From Pristiophorus japonicus (taxonomy: Eukaryota), in the NCBI RefSeq assembly GCF_044704955.1, contig NW_027254409.1, positions 372,001-436,000 on the forward strand: DNA of 64,000 nucleotides. Reading direction: 5' to 3'. The notes below the pieces were generated by a model. That model made no database searches. It saw only the letters and a program-made list of their open reading frames with translations, and was not told the origin of the DNA. Made by a program: the position numbers and the translations under genes. Positions 1-11,924 of this stretch are shown piece after piece. Within the stretch, counting starts at the first letter, position 1. The number at the start of each line of letters is the position of its first letter.

Positions 1-73
1 GGCTTGTGTGGATCACAACCACCGGCATAGACCAGTTGGCCAAATCTCCTCGTTCTGTGCATTAAATTCTATG
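1..73 (+). mobile_element. 3' end of a CR1 LINE (fragment)
   Basis: Ends in ...TTCTGTGC...AAATTCTATG, resembling the CR1 3' terminal hairpin and TTCTATG tail seen in other copies here. Confidence 0.5.
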
Positions 74-680
74 TCATTTTCCAGTCCAACGCTTCAAGAT
101 TTCAGAGAGAAAGATCACGTTCCCTTTGATAAGGGATGGAAAACCAGAGAGGCAACAGAGGGGAAAAGGTAAAACGTTAAAATGCAATGCAGTGTCCATT
201 TCTCTCACATCTAACCATCGGAAAATGGCTGAATTTAAATGAGGAAGGCGAGTTGTGGGCGTTGGTCTCACAGGCCACCAGTGAAAGCGGGAGGATTGGA
301 AGCCGAGTGAGGAGGTCGCGGATCGCGGGCGATGGGTTAGGCAGGGACCCTGGATCCAGGAGGTCGGTGTAAGGGCAATTACCAGCTGGGCGCAGCAATC
401 CCCGCCTTGCTGTAACTGCTGAGATTTACACAGTTTGTCAAGCCGGACCAGCGACAGTTAAACACCAAATGGTGGTTAAAATAGAGGATTCCAATCTCAT
501 TTAAATATATTACTCAAATATAATATTACAACTGGAAGTAGGCGTGTTGAGGTCGGGATTCTGATTTTTACCAATTTAACAACCTCCACGCCCACAACCC
601 GCCCGCTGTATTGGGTTGAAATTCCCCCATTGTCTCTGGAACTATCCAGTTCATTGGCCTTTGTTGTAACTGTCCTACAG

Positions 681-1044
681 CGAAAGATCCGCGGGAACCG
701 GCCATGTCTGTCCTCCTGCCCTCAGCAGAAGAAGTCTCTGCTCAGAGGTTGGTCAGCCTCACCTGCTTAGTGAGAGGTTTCTCCACCCGAGAGATCTTCG
801 TCAAAAGGACCGTCAATGATAAACTGGTGGATTACGGCAACTACAAGAACACCGAGGTGATGGCGGAGAACGGCAGCAGCTCCTTCTTCATGTACAGCCT
901 GCTATCCATTGCAGCCAAGGAATGGGCCAGCGGCGACTCTCACTCCTGTGTGGTGGGACATGAAGTGATCCCATTGATAATCACCAACAGAACCGTCAAT
1001 AAATCCAGTGGTAAAGCATTTCCCTTGTTCTGATGGACAACGTC
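681..1044 (+). pseudogene. IGHM: Immunoglobulin mu heavy chain last constant exon (Cmu4) plus start of the secretory tailpiece, damaged
   Basis: Acceptor TCCTACAG at 673-680, phase 1. Translates [34 protein letters not shown]...[15 protein letters not shown]...[10 protein letters not shown], the elasmobranch IgM CH4 pattern. Core Trp->Arg, YxC->HxC, frameshifting deletion in tailpiece, CR1 insertion. Confidence 0.9.
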
Positions 1045-2975
1045 ATAAGAACATAAGAACATAAGAATTAGGAACAGGAGAAGGCCATCTAGCCTCTCGA
1101 TCCTGCTCCGCCATTCAACAAGATCAGGGCTGATCTGGGCTTGGACTCAGCTCCACTTACCCGCCCGCTCCCCATAACCCTTAATTCCCTTATTGGTTAA
1201 AAATCTATCTATCTGTGAATTGAATACATTCAATGAGCTATCCTCAATTCCTCCCCTTTGCAGAGAATTCCACAGATTCACAACTTTGTTGGAGAAGAAA
1301 TTCCTTCTCAACTCAGTTTTAAATTGGCTCACTCGTATTTTGAGTCTCTGCCCCCTAGTTCTAGTCTCCCCGACCAGTGGAAACAACCCCACTGCCTCTA
1401 TCTTGTGTATGCCTGTCATTGTTTGAAATGTTTCTATCGATCACCCCTCATCCTTCTGAACTCCAACGAGTAAAGACCCACTCTACTCAATCTATCATCA
1501 TAAGGTAACCCCCTCATCTCCTGAATCAGCCTCGTGAATCAACTCTGTACCCCCTCCAAAGCTAGTATATCCTTCCTTAAGTAAGGTGGCCAAAACTGCA
1601 CGCAGTACTCCAGGTGCGGCCTCACCAACACCCTATACAGTTGCAGAAGGACCTCCCTGCTTTTGTACTCCATCCCTCTGGCAATGAAGGCCAACATTCC
1701 ATTCGCCTTCCTGATTACCTGCTGCACCTGCAAACTAACATCTTGGGATTCATGGACAAGGACCCCCAGATCCCTCTGCATCGCAGCATGTTATAATTTC
1801 TCCCCATTCAAATAATATTCCCTTTGCGTGTTTTTTTTCTTCAAGGTGGATGACCTCACACTTTCCGACATTGTATTCCATCTGGCAAGCCTTAGCCCAT
1901 TCGCTTAACCTATCTAAATCTCTTTGCATCCTTTCTGTGTCCTCTGCACAACCCGCTTTCCCACTAATCTTTGTGTCATCTGCAAATTTTGTTACACTAC
2001 ACTCTGTCCCCTCTTCCAGGTCATCTATGTATATTGTAAACAGTTGTAGTCCCAGCATCGATCCCTGTGGCACACCACTAACCACCGATTTCCAACCCGA
2101 AAAGGACCCATTCATCGCGACTCTCTGTTTTCTGTTAGCCAGCCAATTTTCTATCCATGCTAATACATTTCCTCTGACTCCGTGTCCCTTTATCTTCTGC
2201 AGTAACTTTTTGTGTGGGACCTTATCGAATGCCTTTTGAAAATCTAAATACACCACATCCATCGGTTCACCTCTATCCACCATGCTCGTTAACTCCTCAA
2301 AGAATTCCAGTAAATTTGTTAAACATGATTACCCCTTCATGAATCCATGCTGCGTCTGCTTGATTGCACTATTCCAATCTAGATGTCCCGCTATTTCTTC
2401 CTTAATGATAGTTTCAAGCATTTTCCCCACTACAGATGTTAAACTAACCGGCCTATAGTTACCTGCCTTTTGTCTGCCCTCTTTTTTTACACAGAAGTGT
2501 TACATTAGCTTCTTTCCAATCCGCTGGTACCTCCCCAGAGTCCAGAGAGTTTTGGTGGATTATAACGAATGCATCTGCTATAACTTCCGCCATCGATTTT
2601 AATACCCTGGGATGCATTTCATCAGGACCTGGGGACTTGTCTACCTTGAGTCCCATTAGCCTGTCCAGCACTACCCCCCTAGTGATAGTGATTGTCTCAA
2701 GGTCCTCCCTTCCCACATTCCTTTGACCAGCAATTTCTGGCATGGTTTTTGTGTCTTCCACTGTGGAGACCGAAGCAAAATAATTGTTTAAGCTCTCAGC
2801 CATTTCCACATTTCCCATTATTAAAACTCCCTTCTCATCTTCTAAGGGACCAACATTTACTTTAGTCACTTTTTTCCGTTTTACATATCTGTAAAAGCTT
2901 TTACTATCCGTTTTCATGTTTTGCGCAAGTTTATCTTTGTAATCGATCTTTCCTTTCTTTATTGCTTTCTTCGAC
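1044..2975 (-). mobile_element. 5'-truncated CR1 LINE (ORF2 RT and 3' end)
   Basis: (CATAAGAA)3 tail at 1044; minus-strand ORF2 pieces YLDFQKAFDKVPH, GVPQGS, KFADDTK, LVRPHLEYC, KSPGPDEMHPRVLK. Confidence 0.95.
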
Positions 2976-2989
2976 ATTCTTGTCAATGA
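2976..2989 (+). pseudogene. IGHM: Displaced end of the IgM secretory tailpiece (N-S-C-Q-stop)
   Basis: ATTCTTGTCAATGA completes GAC AAC GTC A|AT TCT TGT CAA TGA = DNVNSCQ*, the shark IgM tailpiece end with penultimate Cys. Confidence 0.85.
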
Positions 2990-3017
2990 GAATGTCTCGA
3001 TTGCATTTCAGTACTTG

Positions 3018-3033
3018 AATAAAAAACAATAAA
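3018..3033 (+). promoter_or_regulatory. Polyadenylation signals of the secretory IgM transcript
   Basis: AATAAA at 3018-3023 and 3028-3033, about 30-45 nt after the tailpiece stop. Confidence 0.7.
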
Positions 3034-3699
3034 GGGCTTTTCTTCCAATCGTGAGTTAAACACACAGCCTTTACAATTAATTATGTTTCCTATTTTGGCC
3101 AATGTGAGGGCTGTTTATCTGAAATAGGGTGTTTGCGGATCTCGTTCCCAAGGCTTGTACAGCCAGCGCTCCCAGCTCAGATACAGCATGAGTTAGAAAC
3201 TGGGTGGAGTTCTCTCATTACAGGATTCCTGAAGGTAACTTCAGCTGAGAGGGAGTAAAGGGTAATTTTAACTCACTGTACCTCTCACACGCACCAGCGA
3301 GAGGAGAAAGGGAAACGTGTAATTCATGTAACCTCCACTGCCCCTCCCGCAGGGAGATGGGAAGTGAACCACTCTCTTTGAAATGCAGTAAGTTGCCATC
3401 GTACGTTCTAACCCATGCTCTAAAGATTTTAAACTTTCCATATGAGTATTATATTCTGAAATAGCTATTTATTCCACGTAATATTTTTAAATAGGGTTGG
3501 GGGTGCAAAAGTCCCTGTTAATTGTAAACTAACATGTTGAATTCTAATGGGCCATGTCTAAACTGGTGACTGAATCCTCTGCGGGTTTCTCACAGTTGTG
3601 TCCCTGATGTTGCTGAAGCCCATCGGTTGAATTGTTGCATTCGTTCGGCTGATGTCACATTGCGCCTCACACAGAACACATTTACACAGAGCGGAGGAG

Positions 3700-4660
3700 A
3701 ATACATGTGAAAGTGAGTTTGTGTGTGTTCACATGTGAGTGTTTTGATGATTTTGTATAAGTTTGTGTTTTTGTGTAAGTGCACAATTACACATAAACAC
3801 ACATAGACTTACATATAAAGACATACTAACAACCTGACACGTAATATTATACATAACTAGAATATAATGAAAACCATCATTGTCAAATCCAGTTATTGGT
3901 ACTCTCGGAAACTTTGAACAATAGCAATAATAAACGTCAATCGAAACGTACACTTGCACAACTGAAACTTATACACACTTACAAAAACATAGACACACAT
4001 ATCAATCCAGACACACACTAACACAAAACACACTTACACACATTTACACACATATCAACACATACATCAATCCACACACACATTAATACAAAACACACTT
4101 ATACATACTTACACACATATAAACACACACATCTATCCACGCACACACTTGCACAAAGCAAACTTACACACACATAAACACACACATCAATCCACACACA
4201 CACTTACACAAAACACACAAACAGACTTACACACAGATAAATATACACCTCAATCCACACACAGACTTGCACAAAACACATACACACTCGTACACAAACG
4301 CATCAATCCAAATACAGATATACACAAAACACACACACGCTTACATGCAAACACACTATTGCACTTATACACACGCATCAATCAAAACACACACTTACAC
4401 GAAACATACACACACATACACACACAGACTTACATCTAAACATGAACAACATTGAGACATAACCATACACTTGCAGGAAAACACACACCTCAACACACTT
4501 ACACAAACATGAACATGCATATAAATCCAAACACAAACTAACACAAAACATACACACACACTTACATGTAAACACAATGTTACACGAAAACTCAAACACA
4601 CTTACACCTCAACATAAACAAACATTTCGACATAACCATACTTATACATGTCCACACATG
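3700..4660. repeat. Degenerate (CA)n-rich simple repeat
   Basis: Long ACAC/ACACTT-rich tract. Confidence 0.9.
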
Positions 4661-4706
4661 AACAAAGCATCACGTTAAATTGAGTCATTATTATTTTATC
4701 CATTTT

Positions 4707-5316
4707 TGTAACTGCTGATAAAGCTTCATTTAGAAATAGAAAGATCAAGGCCAAAATTATTATTCAATAACATAAAGGTATACATTGCGTACCAGTTCTT
4801 GTCATATCTTTGTAAAGCCAAGCTCAGTAATGAATTCTGTGTGACCATGGTCTGTATAATTGTTCTCAGAGAAGTGATTCGTGCCACAGAGAGGGAGGGA
4901 GATAGAGATAACATAGAAAGTCAAAGGCAATAGATAATATGATCTATTGTAAGGCTACAACAGCTGTAAATTTTCACAGCTTTTGAATGGGAGAAAAATG
5001 GTATAAGGTAACAGCTCTTCTACTCAGAAGGCAGTGCAAATCAAGCGAACAGGAGATAAGGAGTCGGCACCACGGTCAGCTCGAGAGGACGTTATCGAGA
5101 ATTAGGCTGCGACTATAATTTGTTTAGTGTTACTTTTTGTAACAGAATGTAATTTACTTGATAAAACACTGTTTTTACTCACTATACCTCTATTAAAAGC
5201 ATTTGGTATGATCTGAACAAGAGTCTCCCAGTTTGAATTAAATATATACCCTGAAAATAGTTGAATTGCTATAGTTAGCAAAGCGGCAAAAAGCTGCTCA
5301 TTGGATAAAAACTACA
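4707..5316 (+). mobile_element. LTR of element A
   Basis: TGTA...TACA termini, ATTAAA near 5192, followed 2 nt later by a PBS; the 5' start is less certain than the 3' end. Confidence 0.7.
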
Positions 5317-5318
5317 TC

Positions 5319-5336
5319 TGGCGACCACGAAGGAAC
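5319..5336 (+). promoter_or_regulatory. Primer-binding site, tRNA-Arg(UCG)
   Basis: TGGCGACCACGAAGGAAC vs complement of vertebrate tRNA-Arg(TCG) 3' end TGGCGACCACGAAGGGAC (17/18). Confidence 0.8.
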
Positions 5337-5562
5337 AAAACAAAGAGATATTGAACAAAATGCAATATACTCAATAATCAAGTTAATTGGGAACTCTTGT
5401 AATTTTTTCTGTCTATTTGAAAACAAGTTGTTGTGTATCACCAGCAGATGCAAGGCAGATCGTTTGATCACCGATCAAATCTTGTGTAAGGTTGATTTAA
5501 GTCAACTGCTAGTGACTGTTATCTTCATTAAGGAAGCTTGCTTAAAAATAATTAATTTTCAG

Positions 5563-6050
5563 ATGCCGGAGGAGTGTCTCTTGGAAGAGTATCAGAAAAA
5601 GATAGAAAAAAGATGGGACGAAACGCAAGTGCAGACACAGTTGCTAGATTGCCTCGAGAAGAATCCGAATGCATCCCTTAAGGATGTGGTCACTTTTATT
5701 TATGAACACATTAAAGCTAAGAAATGGAATCTGGGTAAGACGATGCGTCTAGTCACCTGTGCAGCTTCGTACTTCCGAGGACGTCAATCAAAGGTCAAGA
5801 AAGAATTAGAGGATAAAATATCAGAACTGAAAAAAAAAATCGGCTAAGAATGAAGAATTGCAGAAAATAGATTCAGACATTAAACAGAAAATTGTGAATT
5901 TGCAGAGTCAATTTGCCTCAGCTACTGCAGTAATCCAACAGCAGAGTATCAATGCAATTCACGTCGGGGCTGCAGTGCAAACAATTCGGAAATCTTGAGG
6001 TGTAAAACGAAGATCTAAGCAGAGAGAATAAACGTCTCACTAAACAATGA
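5563..6050 (+). pseudogene. Gag-like N-terminal coiled-coil ORF of element A, frameshifted and truncated by provirus B
   Basis: ATG directly after TTTTCAG; MPEECLLEEYQKKIEKRW...KKELEDKISELKKK, continuing after a poly-A slip as SAKNEELQKIDSDIKQKIVNLQSQ. Confidence 0.55.
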
Positions 6051-6093
6051 GAGGACTCATGGGGAGCAATGATGGAGGATTTGCATCGACCCC

Positions 6094-6692
6094 TTCAATG
6101 GATAAATTGTAAGGTTGCAAATAGGAGCTCAGAATTATGATGAAGGTCTTGAACTTATAATTGCTATGTAGGTAACACTTGCTTATGTAGGTACAGCGCA
6201 AATGTATAACACATTGAACTGAATCCGTAACCTCTGTAATACTTAAACAGCCGGTCAGCAGTTTTTTTAAGTCCCTGAGGAAGAGATAAATAAGCAAGTA
6301 CAGCCACTCTAACCGTCGGATAGACTGGGGTAGAGGGCAAAATGGAACAAAACAATGATGAGAGATGGACTGTTGCATTTACCACTCAGAGCCCGTCGGA
6401 TAAGTGTCGACAAATCAATGTAACTTTGCTGATATCAATAGACCTATCGATGATATTGCAGGAGGATAGCTCCTCTCCAAAACCTGTATAAGTTATGCTT
6501 GAAAACTTTTCTTTTTCGGAGGTGCCACGACTGAACCTTCCCGTGCAATTGCTCGTAATAAAAGCCAGTTCATCGTGGGATTTCGTGTGTTAACTTCCGT
6601 GGTCGTTATATAGTGGGAGAAAGGTGAGGTGTCGATGAACTTTATCAGTTAGTCCACGTCAAAGAAGATACGCCTCCTTTTTAACCCCAACA
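6094..6692 (+). mobile_element. 5' LTR of provirus B
   Basis: Aligns along its length to 14164-14762; AATAAA near 6557; ends CCAACA. Confidence 0.9.
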
Positions 6693-6694
6693 TT

Positions 6695-6712
6695 TGGCGT
6701 CATGAACCGAAT
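6695..6712 (+). promoter_or_regulatory. Primer-binding site, tRNA-Ser(CGA)-type
   Basis: TGGCGTCATGAACCGAAT vs TGGCGTCACGAACAGGAT (15/18), 2 nt after the LTR. Confidence 0.7.
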
Positions 6713-7999
6713 GCAGACCTTCCGACCTGGATCACGTGACAGCTAAATGGTAGTGAGCATGTTTTTTACCACATGCAGCTGTAGCATTGACGGGGAAGGA
6801 GTTAATTTGTATAAATGATTAGAAGGGTTCAGCTGTCGGACAACTTATAACGAACCACAGATGGCTGAAAACCAAGGGTGGGATAGGTGTATGCCTGAAA
6901 AAGAAGGAATGCAACCGCGGGGGGAGTGGACCCCAGCGATCGTTATGGGAAATATAAGGCGTATGTCCTGAAGCGTGACGTGGTAATAACACTGTGAGGC
7001 TGGTATTGATCGTGTGCGGTGCAAACAAGAAGAAATACAACCTAAACCGTGGGCTTGGACCCCAGGATCCAAAATAAACTGGCCAGTGGGTTAAAATGCT
7101 CGCTGAGATACATGGAAAATTAATAAAAGAAAAGAAAAATGTTGGAAATCAAATTGAATTTACAAAGGACAGTTTGTTTTTATCAAAAGATAGAAATATG
7201 ACCTTGAAAGCTGCAGAGAAACAAAGATGTTGAGGAAAATGGACTGGAGGAAGATCATCAAAATACAAAACCAAATTTGAAGAAATGAGATTTAAATTGG
7301 CTGTGAAAAAGATATTGGTTGAAATATAAAAATTTATGAGTTAAACCCGACAACGCTTTGTGCCGAGAAAGAGAAACCAAGATGTTTAACTATGGACTGG
7401 AGTAAGGTCATCAAAAAATGATTAAGTTCAGATTCAAAAGGGGGAAAAGGTCTAAGCTTTGTGAACTCAGCACAGAAAGAAAAAACTAGGAATTACAGGA
7501 TTCTTAAAAAGATGGACCGGCACTGAAGTTTAGATTTTGTGCTGAGAGAAATAAAACACAAGATTTGCTCAGTGAACGGAAACATAAAAAAACAAAATGC
7601 TGGAATGTATATAGCTTGCGTGGAAATTGGATTTCTGTAAACAAAATAGCTATTAAAATGTGTGGTCTCGCTTTAAATCAATGAAAAACTCGTTGGCAAG
7701 TATTTGAATTGGATGTGTAGAGAAATTGGAGTTTAATCTAAAATGCTGCCTTTCCCGCTGAGAAGGTTTTATTTTGACAACTTTACTAATAATTTATACT
7801 ATTTTAACGGATTCCTAATTTCTTAGCAAGTTTTGAAAGCACAAAGACTTGGGAAAAATTTGCAGATGAATACCCGAAGTCACGTAATGACGCCAGGCCT
7901 TCTTACAAACCTGTAAAAGAGTTAACCCTTTCCATTGAAAGCGGTTTTATACTGGACATTATTAATTTGGATTTCTTAATAAAAGAAAAAAGACTCACC

Positions 8000-9103
8000 T
8001 GACAGACAGAAGAAATGTGGGGATATTCAGAATGAAAACAAAACGAAGAAAGCCTATGTAACAATATTCACCTGCTGCAGAGGACAGATAGATACTTAAA
8101 CGCATCAAATTCAAGAGTTAGAAGCTAAAGATAAATAAGCTGGCAGAGAAAAAGACAGGACCAGATGGATAGTGCAAAGCACAGACATAGCACCATCACC
8201 TACGGTAATAGAGATAACGTACCCCAAGGTGGGTAAGTGCAGTCCACAAACCCAACCTAACAGTCAATCAGAGAGGGATAATGAGTTTGGAGTAGAGGTG
8301 GCCCCGGCACATGATGATGGCTATTTATCAGTGGCACTGATACGTACGACCACCATTCGCTCCAGTGGGAGTAGAGCAGCCCAAATTACCATAAAGGAGG
8401 TGCCCCTCAGCCCACAGGAGACAAATTCTATTGAATAAGTTACCACCCGCTAAAGCAAAATAGTAGAGATACAGAACTCTGACAAAAGATTGGAGTAGAA
8501 TACTGTGACTCAAGAGGCAGGGAAAAGGGTTGGGGAGTACGGGGAACGAAAGTGGATTGAATACAAAAACCACTCTGGGGCTGATGACCGCAACATAAAT
8601 GATGCAGCATTCTTGAAAATGTTTAAGGATGGACGAGGAAAGGCACATCAAAAGATAATTAAGTGATTATTTAAGATTGGAGATGATTATGATGAAACTT
8701 TGGAATGGGCAGAACATGTAGAGGGGTTAAAGATAGAACAAGGGATAAAAGAGCAAAAATAGCAACAACAGCGTTAGCAACAGAGACGAAGGAGGAAGAG
8801 ACACACTCCTGCGCAGCTCCACTGATATGTTTAAACTGCAATCAGGAAGGCAAGTTCAATAGGGATTGCCTGCAGAAAAGCAGAGGTTTCGGCAATTCTA
8901 AAGGGAGATGTCAAAATTGTGGTAAACTTGGACATCTGGCCAAAGATAGCTGGAGTTATGAGGAAGGCGCTGGATGGCGAGACCACAAACAGGCACAGAA
9001 GGGAATACCATTAATCAGGGAAGATCTGATGGACACGCTCAGACAGGTACCAGCACCACTGGTACCACTGCCACCACCGCCCCAACCAGAGAACACCCAA
9101 TAA
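8000..9103 (+). pseudogene. gag: gag remnant of provirus B
   Basis: Zinc knuckles CLNCNQEGKFNRDC and CQNCGKLGHLAKDS followed by a Pro-rich tail; many stops upstream; start approximate. Confidence 0.75.
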
Positions 9104-11880
9104 CCAACTTAGATTTGCACCTGACCCATAGGACCATCAACATACAAGGAGAGAGTGGGGCATATCAGAATGCAACCCTAAGTGAGATGGTGTTGTCGAA
9201 ATACAGGGGTAATGCTACCTGCTCAGTTTTGGTGCTGTCAGAATACAGAAGGCAACATAAAGAAGGTATACAGAAGGCAGCGATACATTAAGAGAGATAG
9301 GGGTACTAATAGCTCTTCAGCGTAATCGGATAATTTTGGGGGATCAGCACGAAAACCGAATTAAGTTCGAAAACTCGGGACACCAGCAGCAACGAATGGC
9401 AGGAACAACCATAATCCAACCCGAGTGGGATTCAATGGCTGTATTGGGTAGCGTGTGCCAATTATACCCGACTCTGTGGGCACAATGCAAACAAGATTGT
9501 GGATTAGCAGAGATATCACCCATCAAATTTCCTGGACCCGAACACAAAGCTCACCGACCGTACCAATTAACACCCGAAGCTTAGATAGCGGTCTGTCAGA
9601 TAGTGCATGAATTAGAGGAGCAAAGTATATTGAAATATGTAATAGCTTCCATTAATTCACCTGTGTGGCTGATGAAGAAACCCGACCGGTGTTACCGACT
9701 GACTATCGATTATACCACCCTGAATAAGGTGACTTCCGGACAACACCCAATAGTGGCAAGTCCGGCCACAATTTTTAATGGCCTGGATCCAGATCATAAG
9801 ATATTCACCATGCTGGATATAGTGAATGGAACTTGGACGATTCCCTTAGCCAAAGAGTCTCAAGGAAAATTTATCTTCATGCTAAATGGATAACAATACA
9901 CATGGGCCAAGGTACCACTGTGATTCAATAACAGCTGGAGCATATTTCATCGAATATTGTCAGGGATTTTGGAACCAGTAGACTTAGGAGAAAGAAGGAG
10001 CGAAGTAACATATCTGGGATACATAATATCGTAAGGGAAGAGACAGATGCCCGAGGACAGTAAGGAAGCAATTCAATCAATCCCCAGACCAGGAACCGTG
10101 AAAGGGGTCAGGCAGATACTAGGGCTATTAAACTACTGCAGAAATGTTATTCCCGAATATGCCAAGGTGGCCGAACCTATACAGAAACAGGTCAAAGGAT
10201 GGGAACCCTCCTAAGAGCCACTAAACTGGGATCTAGATCAAGAAACTGCATGTGTGCGGTTAAAACAAACTCTCACAAGTGCTCCAGCCCTGGGACTACC
10301 AGACCAGAATAGGCCCTTTTACGTCTCTTCCTACCATATTAACCATCATTATAACTCGGTAGTGATTCAATTACATGGCGAAAGGCATAGCCCAGTGCCA
10401 TATTACTCAGATAAACCGCAACCTGTAGCTGCAGGACTGTCCAGTTGCGTTGATGCCCTCGACTGTGCTGCTTGGGCCATCAGAGTTAACGAACCAATAA
10501 TAATGCCAGGATGCATTATTCTACAAACCCAGCGTACCTTAGTAGAATTACCTAACACTGGAAGGCTAAAAAGGTATTCGATGCACAAATGGCGAGGTGG
10601 TAAATAATGCTCTCCTCCCTCCTCTCCCGCCACCCCCCCCCCACCCACACAACGGGACGGTAACAATAATAAAATACAGAGGGAGAGGAGCATCAGTGTA
10701 GCACAACAGAAGAAGATGAGAGAAGTAGTCAGGCAAATAAAACCCCGCTTGAGGAGGCAGACATGGATCTATATGTAGATAGGTTTTGGCGCTATATCAA
10801 TGGGACACCACAGACAGGATGGGCCGTGGTAGATCGCAGCGGTCAGGCCAAAGGGGAAGGACGGTTAGAAGAGAATCTATCAGCTCAAGTGGTTGAATTA
10901 GTGGTTCTCACTGAGGCTCTGAGGCTGGCTAGGGGAAAATGAGTAAACGTCTATACAGACAGTCGAAACGCTTTCGGATTAGTGCATGATTATATGATAG
11001 CCTGGAGCAGACGGGGATACACGCCCTCAGGAGGAGGACCGATTAAACATGAGGACATTGATAAACATCTAATGGAAGCCTCCCACCTACCCCAGGAGTG
11101 TGCGATAATAAAGATTAAAGCACATGTAAAAAAGAATGATCAGTATGAACAGGGGAATGCATGGACAGATGAAGCAACCAAGCGAGTGGCAGGTACACTG
11201 GCCGGGGAAGCCCAAGGCAGAGCATGTAAAATCAGGCCTGAGGAAGTAAATATGCTTGAGGTACAGGGAGAGGCCAATCCGCAGGAACAGGAGGGATGGA
11301 AGCAGAGATGGGCCAAACAAGGGACCGACGGGATATGGAGAAAAGATGGGAATGTGGTGGCCCTGGAATGCATCCAGGGGAGCCTATTAAATTTATACCA
11401 TGGGTATGTGCATATAGGTAGAACCAACATGATAAGCTCGATGTCCAGATGCTGGTGGTGGAATGGAATATTTAGAGATATAGAGGACCTCTGCAGAAGG
11501 TGCGTGATATGCACAAAATAAAACCCAGTGGGGAAAGTAAAGGTCAGAATGGGACATTAGCCCCGACCGAAGGGACTCTGGGAAAATTTGCTGGTAGATT
11601 TTATTGGACCATTATCCAGCAACAGGGGGAAAACATACTGTTTAGTTATAATAGAATTGATATAGAGTAAAAGTTTAGAGATCAACAAATCAAGGATTTA
11701 GAGAACGACACTAAGAAACAGAAGTTCCAAACACCCCAAATATGCAGTCAAGTGATTACCCCAGAGAGGTTCGAGATCGCATCCAAATGGATCGGTCTCT
11801 ATCAGGTAATCATAGTACGTTATGGTACTTATAAGGAGTATCGGCAAGTGGAAACACTGGACCAAGTTAAAAAAGCATGG
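9104..11880 (+). pseudogene. pol: pol remnant (RT, tether, RNase H, IN) of provirus B
   Basis: NSPVWLMKKPD..YRLTIDY, MLDIVNGTWTIPL, LTSAPALGLPD (tether), LYVD..SAQVVEL..VNVYTDS..KIKAH..GN (RNase H), HGYVH..CVIC (IN zinc finger). The YxDD segment and most of the IN core are deleted. Confidence 0.9.
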
Positions 11881-11924
11881 TCACTAACTAACCAGTGACG
11901 ACCGGAAAATATTGCTTTTTGCAG

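Noticed and set aside
220-630. Possible MITE in the Cmu3-Cmu4 intron
   Set aside because: Only weak terminal similarity (GGCTGAATTT / AAATTCCCC); not enough to call
3590-4601. His/Thr- and Cys/Val-rich ORFs
   Set aside because: Translations of the CA repeat
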